A stretch of 64,000 bases of DNA from Camelus ferus (taxonomy: Eukaryota). Made by a program: the position numbers and the translations under genes. The stretch lies in assembly GCF_009834535.1 (NCBI RefSeq), contig NC_045697.1, positions 69,566,001 to 69,630,000 of the forward strand, read 5' to 3'. The notes beneath the pieces are model-generated. The model searched no databases. It was not told where the DNA came from and was given only the letters and a program-made list of their open reading frames with translations. Below are positions 38,560 to 49,520 of the stretch, one piece after another (the first letter of the stretch is position 1; every line of letters starts with the position of its first letter).

Positions 38560-41520
38560 AGCAGCCAATGGCAGCCTGTCCCTCAGAATTATGGAAATAG
38601 TTAATAAGACATGAAGTCTCTAGCTGCAGAAGAGATACCCAGCCAATAAGAGTACTTTCCTAATTATACCATCAAAAAATCAATAATGGACGATAAGGAG
38701 GCTGAAAGCAGGTGTACCAAAATACATCACAATCTTTTGCCCAATTCCTGTATCTAAATCAGTTTTCAGGCTCAAAATTCATCAACTGCAGGAGTTGGGT
38801 GCCTAGGAGAAAGGAACCATGGCCAGTTATGGGGAAATGATTTCCCCAGGCCTTCTCCAAATGAATCTCTGTTCATTTATTTGAGTAAATGTATACTTTG
38901 AAAAAGGGAATACCCAAAGATTTCTAACATTGTTGGACTCAGCATCCTAGCTCCCCTCTTAGAATGACGGCATATGGGTTTCAGGTAATAAATGGAATCC
39001 TGGTCAAGGTCAAACTCACAGTGAGTCCACTGTATCCAGCAACCTGCTGGTGGTTATTTTACCATTCCTCACATATGTAACTAGAATAGACATACTTGGC
39101 AGTTGGAACCTTGGCCCTTAGGTGAAGAGCTATCATAGTGGGGAAGGCCAAGTGAAAACTTCTAAAACTGTTCCCCCTCCCCACTTGATTCCAGTTAAAA
39201 TGATAAAACAAAAGTAGTATATATATATTTCTGGAAAGGATGGTAATAATTAGTACTATTTCTAAAATTCAAAAGGATCTAGGGATGATGGTCCCCATCA
39301 TACCCTGATTTAATTCACAAGTCTGGTCCATGCAAAAACTGGATAGATCCCAAAACTTGACATTAGACTGCTGAAACTCAATCAAGTGGAAGCCCGAATT
39401 GCTGTTGCTGTGCCAGGCATAGTATCTTTGCTGTAGCAGATTAATATGGCCTTAGTACATGGTGTGTATATATACACTGACTTGGTGACAATTCTTTTAC
39501 ATCCCTACCAAAATGGGGATTAGAAATACTTTGCATTTTCATGGACAGAACAGTGTACATTTATAATTTTGCCCTTGGGCTATGTTATAATGCAGTATAT
39601 TGTATTTTCTGTCATAATATCGTCCAATGAGGTTTTGAATGTCTGGATATCTTGCAAAGCATCACATCGACCCACTATCAATGACATCATTCTAATCAAA
39701 TAGGATGATCAAAAAAGGGCTAGCACATTGGAGAATTTGGCAAGACATACGTGCACAAGATTCATGAGCCTGCCATGACAATACAATTTTTAGGGGTCTG
39801 ATAGTCAAGGGCATGCCAGGATGTCCCATCCAAACTAAAGGACCAACTATGACATCTCACATCTTCCACAATGGGAAAGGAAATACAACATCAGACATGC
39901 TTCTTCAGGTTCTGAAATCAGTATATTCTACATCTGGGATCAAGTGATAAGAAAGGCTGCTAACTTTGAGTAGGGCCCAGAAGAGAAAGTGTTTTGAAGT
40001 AGGATCAGATTGTGGTACAGTCTGCCTCTTTGGCCATATGACCTGGAAGATCTATGATGTTAGAGGTATCAATGGTGGTAAAAGATTCCATGTGAAATTT
40101 TTGTCAAGTCCTAGTGGGATAATCATAATGCAGTCCTCTGGAGTTCTAGAGCAAGACCACACGTTGGCAGCAGAGAATTTTACTCCTTTTGAAAAACAAT
40201 TTCTGGCATGCTATTAGACCTTGGTAGAAGAAAAGTACTTGATCAGGGATATCAAGTGACCGTATGGTTTTAACTACCCATGATAAGCTGGGTTCTGTCA
40301 GACCTATTCCACCAAGTCACAAGGTTAGGCAGCCTAGCAATGGTTCATTATGAGGTGAAAATTGTATATCTGGGATCCTGCATAAGCAGGACCAGAAGGC
40401 ACAAGAAGTTTGCATCAATTCCCTTCCTTCAACTCACGTTATGGCTATATGGGAAATTCCTCATGATTAGCAGATGGAGGAGGAAAACTCCAGCTTGAAT
40501 CATGACTGGGTTAACTCAATATGTGGATGCAAGCTGAAAATTAAAGTCACTACAGGCCCACATGGGTGTGACCTTAAAAAACACTGATGAGTGAAATTCC
40601 TTCCAAAGGGTACATTGTGCCCTGGGTCCTCCACTTTGTGTGGAAAGATGAGTGGCCCAGGGTTAGAATATATATAAACTCACATCAATGGTGAATGGCC
40701 TGATTAGCTGAACAGGAACCTGAAGGAAGAGTAGAAGATTAAAGTCAAGTGGGTCTGGGATACAGTATGTGGATAAACATATGAAAGCCAACACAAAGTA
40801 TGAGGATCTTTGTATCCCATGTTAATGTCCATCAGAGTGCATCCATCATGGAAAAGACATAAACAAGCAAGAAAAAAAAAAAATAACTTGGGCATTTGAT
40901 GTTAGCCAGCCCCTGTCATCAGTTACCTCAGTGCCTGAACAATGGGTGCATGAATAGAATACCCATGGTAAGATGGAAAAGAGTCTGCGTATAGGCCCAA
41001 AAAGATGAATTTCACTTAGCAAGGCTGATCCAGCTACTGCCAATGGCAAACTCCAACTTAGCAGACAAAGAGAGGAATCATCACTCTGTCAGGAGAAATT
41101 GACCTTTAATGACCAGCCAGGAAGGGAATATATACTTGGTGCTCAGGAGATCCATTTGGGTGCCTCTTGATACTTTCTGCCCAATTTTCATGGCAAATGG
41201 ACATGTACATAAACTATTATGTACCAAAGAAGGGCATGACACCCTGGAAATCAGACCTATAGGATAAGGCCCTGGGCCAAACCATGGGGCAAACTACCAA
41301 AACTAGCAAAGGTGTTCTCTGAGGGTGAGAAGAATCTTGAGTGGATGGTGTGGTAGAGTAGGGATATGATGAGCTCAGTCTCAGCACTGACTACAGCTGC
41401 TGTTCCTCTCACTCATCTTCTACTTCTAAATTTCCCCTGGAAAATAGGTCTACTGGATTTAGGATGAAGTGTTCCAGAATATACATGAAAAAGTGGATCT
41501 GAGCAGTAGAAGGGGTAAAC
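38560..41520 (+). mobile_element. Decayed ERVL-class internal region (HERV16/ERV3-16A3-like): pro, RT, RNase H remnants
   Basis: LLDS-like protease motif near 38930; FNSQVWSMQKLD near 39310 (cf. ERVL FNSPIWPVQKTD); (Y)INDIILI near 39675 (YIDD box); purine tract agaaggggtaaac at about 41508-41520. Confidence 0.85.
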
Positions 41521-41625
41521 TGTGATCAACACAATGGTGAGCCACCAAAATTCACCTTTAACGAAGGGCTTGTTGCTCCAAGCCCCGTGTCAGGGTCTAC
41601 TTCACAGGAAGCCCAACCAGCAACA
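41521..41625 (+). mobile_element. Internally deleted LTR16-like 3' LTR
   Basis: Starts TG directly after the PPT and ends ...gcccaaccagcaaca. Confidence 0.6.
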
Positions 41626-42241
41626 ATCAATATACATTGATAATAGTTAAAAATTTTGAATAGCTATAGTTTGATACATAGGTATAGAAGAAGGCCTATA
41701 TTTAGTATATTTTTAAAGAAATATTTTAAAAAATATGTACCAGCATTTGAATTGATTTGGAGAAGTTTATCATTAAATTATAATTTATGAATAAATTAGA
41801 AAATATATAATGGCATAATATGTCATAAAACCCTGAGTACATATATTAAACTGAATATGGAAATCAAAGAGTGAAAAGTATTAAGTTGCAATGGGACTCC
41901 TCTGGCAACTTAAGCTGTAATTTCCATATTTTTTCTAAATTGTTATGTAAATAATTCATATGTCATGACTCCAAGGATTATTATTGTCATTTAGGATCAT
42001 GCAGTTTGAGAATGCGGCTGAATGTTTTTATACTTAGATGGATAGCTTACTTGTTTCTATATTTAGAAATGACCAAATACTGAAATGTTATTCCTAATGT
42101 CCCTACTATTTTTGCTTGGATTGAAAACAGGTAAAAATTCAGCATTCAGAAAAATTGACCCTATAGTTTCCAGTCTCCACCTCCTAATTCTATCCCCTGG
42201 CTGCTAGGGCAAGACCTCCCCACTAAGTCACATTATGTGAT

Positions 42242-42785
42242 TGTATTAGTCAGGGTTTTCCAGAGAAACAAAACCAACAGGAGACTTAAATAGGAATATA
42301 TTTGTGCCTTATAGGAATTGGCTCACACAGTTATGGAGGCCAGAAAGACCCACAATCTGTGGTCTACAAGCTGGAGAACTAGGGAAGCCAGTGGTATAAT
42401 TCAGTCCGAGTCTGAAGGCCTGAGAACCAGAGGAGCAAACGTGTGTCCAATTTTGAGTCCAAAGGCCCAAGAATCAGGAGGCTGATGGTTTAAGTCCTGG
42501 TCCTAGTCCAAAGGCTGGGGAACCAGGTCTCCTATGTCCAAGGACAGAATAGGAATGTCCCAGAGCAAGTAAAGATCAAATTCACCCTTCCTCCATCTTT
42601 TGGTTCTATTCAGCCCCTCAGCAGATTGGATGATGCCCATCCACACCAATGAAGCTATCTTACTTAGTATACCATTCAAATGCTACCCAGGAACACCCTC
42701 ACAGACACTTCCAGAAGTAATGTCCTACCAGCTATCTGGGAATCCCTTAGCCTAGTCAAGTTGACAGATAAAATTAATCATCCCA
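42242..42785 (-). mobile_element. MLT2-like solo LTR (ERVL)
   Basis: tgtattagtcagggttttccagagaaaca...aaattaatcatccca; 5-bp TSD gtgat/gtgac. Confidence 0.9.
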
Positions 42786-43058
42786 GTGACACTAGAATAG
42801 CCATCTAAAAATAATATCTGGGACTAACCAGCTTAGGGTAGAGTTAGACTCTTGCTCAACAAATCTCCTCCAAACACAGATGTTATATTTATTAAACAAG
42901 TAAATTGTTGCAAATGTTGTAGCAACCCCTTTTGTATTCCTCCTAGACCATACCCCCCTCCAACCTCCCCCCACAATCCCAAAACATTCTTCCTAAATAT
43001 TGGACCTTTAAAAATATTTTTATATATTGTTGTCATATTTAGCTTACAAGGGTTAGTA

Positions 43059-43183
43059 GGCAGGTGGGTATAGCTCAGCAGCAGAGCGCTTGCTTAGCAT
43101 GCAGAAGGTCCTGGGTTCAATCCCCAGTCCTCCATCAAAAAAATAATAACAGTAATAAATCAATATTCACCTTTAAAAAAAAA
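43059..43183 (+). mobile_element. Camelid-type tRNA-derived SINE
   Basis: ggtatagctcagcagcagagcgcttgcttagcatgc...gggttcaatcccc; TSD ggttagta. Confidence 0.9.
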
Positions 43184-43407
43184 AGGTTAGTAATCTTTCT
43201 GATTTAAAATGATTACTGTTTGTCAGCTCCAAGAAAATTTTCAAGAAATTAACGTTATGGTACTTGGTTAGAACATGCCAATGGAATTACTAGTTTGGAT
43301 ACTAGTAATTAATACAATATGTAATTCATAAAGAGATTTTGAATGGAACTGATGAAAGATGTGCTTTAATTTATGAAAATTATAGTTGTATAAGAAGAGG
43401 AAATCTG

Positions 43408-43554
43408 AGTGGGGAGGGTATATCTCAGTGGTAGAGCACATACCTAGCATGCTTGTGGTCCTGGGTTCAACCTCCAGTACCTCCATTAAAAAAAAAATAA
43501 ACCTAATCACCTCCCCTAAAATAAAAAAAAAAATTTTAATTTAAAAAAATAAAA
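43408..43554 (+). mobile_element. Camelid-type tRNA-derived SINE
   Basis: Family sequence; 16-bp TSD aagaagaggaaatctg. Confidence 0.93.
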
Positions 43555-44274
43555 AAGAAGAGGAAATCTGTTTGTATGACACTTTCTTAAATCAGTCTTG
43601 GTGATTTTCAGCCCAAAGAACACGGCATGATCCTGATTGTGTATCTGCTTGTGCACGTTGCCGTTCGTGCACTGGTAACAAGGAAAAAGTATTGGTTGTC
43701 TGATCTAGTTGATTGTACTCCCTGAAGAAATAGCATGTTATATTTACAACTTTTGAGGATCCTATTAGTGAAAATAAAGTTCAGAACAGCCTGTATAATA
43801 TTAATGACATCCCTCAGAATGTTTTATCATTACCTAAACAAAGCAATGTCTCAGACATCTGTATTACTTAAAAGGTCTGTAGGTGATTCAAATATGTAGC
43901 TAGTGTTGAGAAACACTACAGTCAAATTGCTACAGCTCCAGTTCCAGTCTGCCACTTACTAGTTGTGTGACCTTTGCCAATTACTCAACCCTTCTGTGCC
44001 TCCATAGCCTCACCTTTAAAAAAAAAAGGCGGGGGGTGGGGGTGAGGGACAAAAAACAAAACAAAACCAAGCAATGTCTCAGAGGTGGGAGGAATGAAAT
44101 AAGAGTTTTCTAAAACTAAAGAGGATCTGTCATTTGGGGACTTAGTATAAGCAAAAAGAGGGGAATTACTTGTGAATCTCTTTTAATTGGAAGAACTTGA
44201 AAAAAAAAACAAGAATGCAATTAATTCTCAGGAACAGGGAACTGGAATGAATTAAAAACTTTCTCTGTCTCCTT

Positions 44275-44680
44275 TATTATATTAAGTGAAGTAAGACAGA
44301 CAGAAAAAGACAAATATTATACAATGTCACTTACGTGTGGAATCTTGAAAAAAAAACAACAGTTTTTATTTAGAAACCAGAAATAGACTCACAGACATAA
44401 AAAACAAACTATGGTTACCAAGGGGGAAAAGAGGGGAAGGGATAGATCAGGAGTTTGGGATTAACAGATATATATTACTATATATAAAATAGATAAACAA
44501 CAAGGACCTACTCTATAGCACAAGGAACTATATTTATTATCGTGTAATAATCTATAATGGAAAAGAATCTGAAAAAGAATAGACATGTATGTATATGTAT
44601 AACTGAATCAATTTTCTGTACACCCGAAACTAACACTGTAAATTGACTATACTTCAATAAAAGATAAGAATTAAAAAATT
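44275..44680 (+). mobile_element. L1 3' end (artiodactyl type)
   Basis: taagtgaagtaagacagacagaaaaagacaaat...gactatacttcaataaaa. Confidence 0.9.
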
Positions 44681-46540
44681 ATTTTCTCTTATTTGCTCTC
44701 TACATGTTTGCTTCATACTCTCTCCTTAGAAACTTGTGTGAAATAAAATTTATATTTTATGACAAGACAAAAAAAATTTAAACATAAAAAATTTTCTCTG
44801 CACTTCAGCCTCCTCTCTCCCTTCACTGTACATTGTGTATTTGCATTATGCATCAACCAAACCTCCCCACCTGCAGAAATACCTGCTGAACCATAAAGCA
44901 CAAATTCTCCTAGCATCAGCAAGACAACTCCTTAGAAGATAACATTTCTTCTTGATATTGTAAGGGGTCACAACAGTCATCACTTTGTACTTGCAGATGT
45001 GGATTGTATAAACTGTCAATAATACATCATCTAAGGTACAGCTCTCTGTCTCATAAAGTGTATATAACTGTGTTTTGGCTTCTAGCATGAGAAATAGTTC
45101 TCTGAGTTTTCTGAGATGCTGTTCCCAGGTTATAATCCTTAATTAGGCATGAATAAAAATTTCCGCTTTTCTCTTAGATTGACTGATTAATTCTTTGTTG
45201 ACATGGATGGCATAGTTGGCAAGACTATCCACCAGAGATACCCACCAGGGGACACTTGGGGTCTACTGGGAACTGGCATTTGATACCAAGCACTGGCCCA
45301 TTGAGCCCCACCAGCGTCTCAGAACTACTCAGGTGGTCTGGTGAGTTCTCCTGATACCCAGATCTCGTTGTTTGAGTGATGATCCTGAAAATTTTCTTCA
45401 AGCTCTTTTCACTTAAGACTTGGAGTCTTAAGGGGCACTGGTATATTTCCTAGGAAGGACCTAGTCAGGGTCTGGGCAAGTGGTCCAGGGAAACATAATT
45501 GGCTGGGTTTTTGTTACATTTGGTTTAAATTGAAAAAAAAAAGAGTTGATAGATGGTCTGAAGAAAACTTTTACTAGTGAAATGAAAGACTGAACTATTC
45601 AGCTCTGAAGAATAGGGGAGACCCATCACAACCATTAAGTAAATACTGCTCATCTGGGGGTGCACAACAGAGGCTGATAATTAGCACTCTGAGAACCCTT
45701 GGTGGTTTTAGACTGTCACAGAGAGAAACCAAGTCACATAAAAGAGTCAAACTGACCCAAGGATAACTCCTTGCAGAGCTAGACTCAGAAGCAGCTCACA
45801 TGCATCTACCACACTGTCCTCAAAAGTTGTTCAGATCGTATCTCATGACATACCTGAATTAGGCTATGAAATTAATACTGAGAAATTGTGCCTTAAATGC
45901 CAAACAGCTCCCATGCAAACAGCCACTTATGGAAATACTAGCTGGGTTTATGTACGCTTACAAGTACTTTATTGGGAACTAAAGGAAACTGGGCACTGAA
46001 ATGGCCATGATGGGGTTCTTTTGGCACTCCAAAAATGGATTTTAAGCAAGCAGTTAAAGCTGGCAGTCTTCTGGATCTGTGCTTGCAGGGTCTACGGGAA
46101 ACAACAGTGGTTAAGAGTTTTTCTCTTTTCTAAAATTAGATTAGTGGGGGAAAATATTTGTAGGGCTAGCTCCTTGGATCCTTGGAATTGGAGAAACTTC
46201 TAAATTGCTAAAATTTTAGAGAACTCTCATCTTAAACTACGGTACCTATCTTAATAGGAATCCAGAAGCCCCAAGAGGCTTCAAAATTCCAAAACAGCCT
46301 TATTGAAAAATTTGTTATAGAAGACTAATGAAAGGTTAATGATATAAAGCATACCTGAAATGTAGACTACTATTCCCTTCTATCCTTCTTTGAGTACTCA
46401 TTCTAGTAATCTCTCTGAATTGCCTTTCCACTCAGAAAACACAATTAAGTAGGTACCTTTAGAAATGGGACCATGCTAGGCTGAAGGCAAGCCTTTTCAG
46501 ATCATAGAAAGAACTGAGGGCCATAGTTAAAGAATTTTTT

Positions 46541-46657
46541 GGGGGGGTGCATAAATTAGGTTTATTTCTTTATTTTAATGGAGGTAATGGGCATTGAACC
46601 CAGGATCTTGTGCATGCTAAGCATTTGCTCTACCACTGAGCTATACCCTTCCTTTCT
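46541..46657 (-). mobile_element. Camelid-type SINE inside the provirus
   Basis: Family sequence; TSD atagttaaagaatttttt. Confidence 0.92.
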
Positions 46658-47774
46658 ATAGTTAAAGAATTTTTTGACCCCCAGGAGGATCCTCAAAAGT
46701 GTTTATAAATGGATTACCAAGATGGGAGGCAATCAGTCTGACTAGACTGACCATAGCTGATATTTGGATCCTGATGGAAATTTTGTCGGGGGCCTTCTCC
46801 CCTAAGCTCAATGAGGGAAAATTAAAGCATTCCAACATAGGTGAATGGATGTGTCAGTCCTGTTAAATCATTGAGGTGGCCACCGAATTCTTTGAGGAAA
46901 AGAACAACTGTCTTTATTTCACAAATTTAGTCTTTACAGGACCAGAACTGTGGCTCCAGAAATAGTCCAGAGTCCACCAATCCTTTTATCTCTCTTAAAA
47001 CCTCCGTTTATCTTAATAGGCTTGTAAGTAGTGAGAGAAAAAAAAAATATCTGGCCGTAAGGGAACAAAATCCTCCTAGAAGGAATTTTCCTTTCTCCTC
47101 CTATGCTTTTGAGATACAAATATTCTACTTGGTCTTCTCTAGGAATGCTTACCTCTGCCATTTTTTAAAAATACAAATTTCAGGAAGGGGGTAATTTGGA
47201 ACTTGACTTGTCAAAGACAAACAGAAATCTTAAATATCTTCTCCATAAATATTAGTAAAACAGTTTAGCCGTCTAGGCAGATGATCTTGAAATGTTCCAT
47301 CTGCTAGAAAACCAACTGGAATCCAACCTCTTTTGTAACTGTTGGGTTATTGTTGCACTTAATTCCTGGCTGACATTTTGGAATGGGAACTGTGATTTGG
47401 AACAAACTATGTCTGTGTGTTCGCATGCATCTATATATGTGTTGTAGATGTGTGGTATCGCCAAGATTAATTTGTAAAAGAGCTCTACTTGATTGACTTA
47501 AAAGAAACTAAACACTTATATAAATACTTACGAATATAAAAGAAATTGGCCAGAATGAATTTCATATTCACATGATCTGGGAAACAGACAATATTGAATT
47601 AATATCTGGTATTAGAGTTAGCCTAAGCTTGTTGGTTTAATTAATACAGATATGTCTTTAGAGTCATCAGTTTAGGTATAGTACTTTTATTGTACCTGTT
47701 TACTAGAAACCCAATAAGACCTTATTATTCCTGTTTCAAAGTTTGTCAGCAAGAAAAATGATATGATGAATTTC

Positions 47775-47838
47775 TTTTTAATTGAAATAGTTGACTTACA
47801 AGGTTTTGTTAGTTTCTAGTGTACAGAAAGTGATTCAG

Positions 47839-47890
<52 letters not shown>

Positions 47891-49464
47891 TCTTTTCAGA
47901 TTCTTTTCCATTATAGGTAATTACAAGTTATTGAATATAGCTCCCTTGTTATTGAAAATATAATACTCTGTATCTGCTAATCCCAATCTCCTAATTTATC
48001 CCTGCCCATTTTCCCCTTTGGTAACTGTAAGTCTGTTTTCTATGTCTGTGAGTCTGTTTGTTTTGTAAATAAGTTCATTTGTATCATTTTTTAGATTCCA
48101 CATATAAATGGTATCATGTGATATTTGTCTTTCTCTGTCAGACTTAACTTCACTTAGAATGATAATCTCTACATCTGTTAGGGGATAGTGATGTTGCTGA
48201 GTCCAAACTTGCTGCAAGACAGGCCAATAAATTGGGAGATGAGGTGTTGGGACAAGGAATAGTGACTTTATTTGGAAATCTGGCAGACCTAGAGGATGGC
48301 AGACTAAAGTCTTGGAGAACCATCCTGCTCTAGTCAGAATATAGGCTCCTTTTATACAAAAACACAAGGGAGGGGGTGTGGTTGATTGTTGTAATCTTCT
48401 TGCTGCAGGCATTCTTTGTTCTTGCAGCCATCCTCGTAGGCTAGGTCACGGTGTCCCTGTACATCCAAGAAAACAAAGGTTATTCTCTACTACAGTGAGA
48501 CCCCTAAATTAGGAAGCCCAACAAAATCCTTGCCGCTGGCTGTGAAAGAATTCACCAACAGAGGCAGAGAAACAAAGCAAAAAGCTGCTTTATTGCTCAA
48601 AAAGAGGAGAAAGGAAGTAAGTGCTTGAGTGGGGAGTCATCAGCCAAGACAGATCCAGCTCCAGGTCAGGCCACATGGACTTATTAGAAGCCTCTGACAT
48701 CATGAGCTCCTTCCAGGTGTGCTGCAGCCAATCACCTTTTTTTCTCCCTTCCTTGTATGGGTTTTTCCAGTTGTTATTATGGCAATTTCTACTGTCATGG
48801 TTTTGGTGGGTGTGTCATTTAGCATACTAATACATTACAATGAGCTTATAATGAGGCTCAAGGTCCACTGGAAGTCAAATCCTCCACCATCTTGGGTTTC
48901 ACAGTTTCTAACCAGTTCTTGTTCCTTCTCTTTGCAGTTGCCTCCTGAGACTTAAATAAGGGTAATTTGTTTCTATTTGAGTAGGGGCAAGGGTATTATC
49001 CTGGTGGCAACAGCCTTGGTAACAAAAAGGAAAGTTGCTTTTAATCAGAATGCCAGCAATCTGGTGGACCCAGTGCCCGCTAAAAACCATCTCTGAAGAT
49101 TCTGCTTAGCCATGGCAGTTTTAAAGGGAAACAGGGAAGTAATCTCAGTTGATCATTGAGATAGGCAGTCAGAGTTGTCGCCATCCCCCACTGTGTGAAG
49201 ATTTGTCCTAATCATCAACTGCTTGAGCCTGCTCTTTTATGACTTAGGGAGGCCTGAGAGACTTCAGGTTTTCTATACACAAGGGGCAGGGATCAGGCAG
49301 TGGGGCCTGCAGGGTCCTATTGGTATCAGATCCATCCATATTGCTGCAAATGGCATCATTTCATTCTTTTTTATGGCTGAGTAATATTCCATTGTATGTA
49401 TGTGTGTATATGTGTGTGTGTATTTTTTATATATATGTATACATATATTTCATATATATATATG

Positions 49465-49513
<49 letters not shown>

Positions 49514-49520
49514 CACAACT
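47775..49520 (-). mobile_element. L1 3' fragment inside the provirus, split by LTRs (L1 parts 47775-48175 and 49329-49520); carries (CA)n at 47841-47880 and (TA)n at about 49420-49510
   Basis: L1 sequence gataatctctacatc resumes as gatccatccatattgctgcaaatggcat after the insert. Confidence 0.9.
48176..49328 (-). mobile_element. Composite of three minus-strand LTR pieces: A 48176-49012, interrupted by B 48192-48494, then truncated C 49013-49328
   Basis: TG...CA ends; B has 4-bp TSD gtga; the whole block is flanked by catc/gatc; three reverse polyA signals (tttatt, tttatt, tttaat). Confidence 0.75.
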
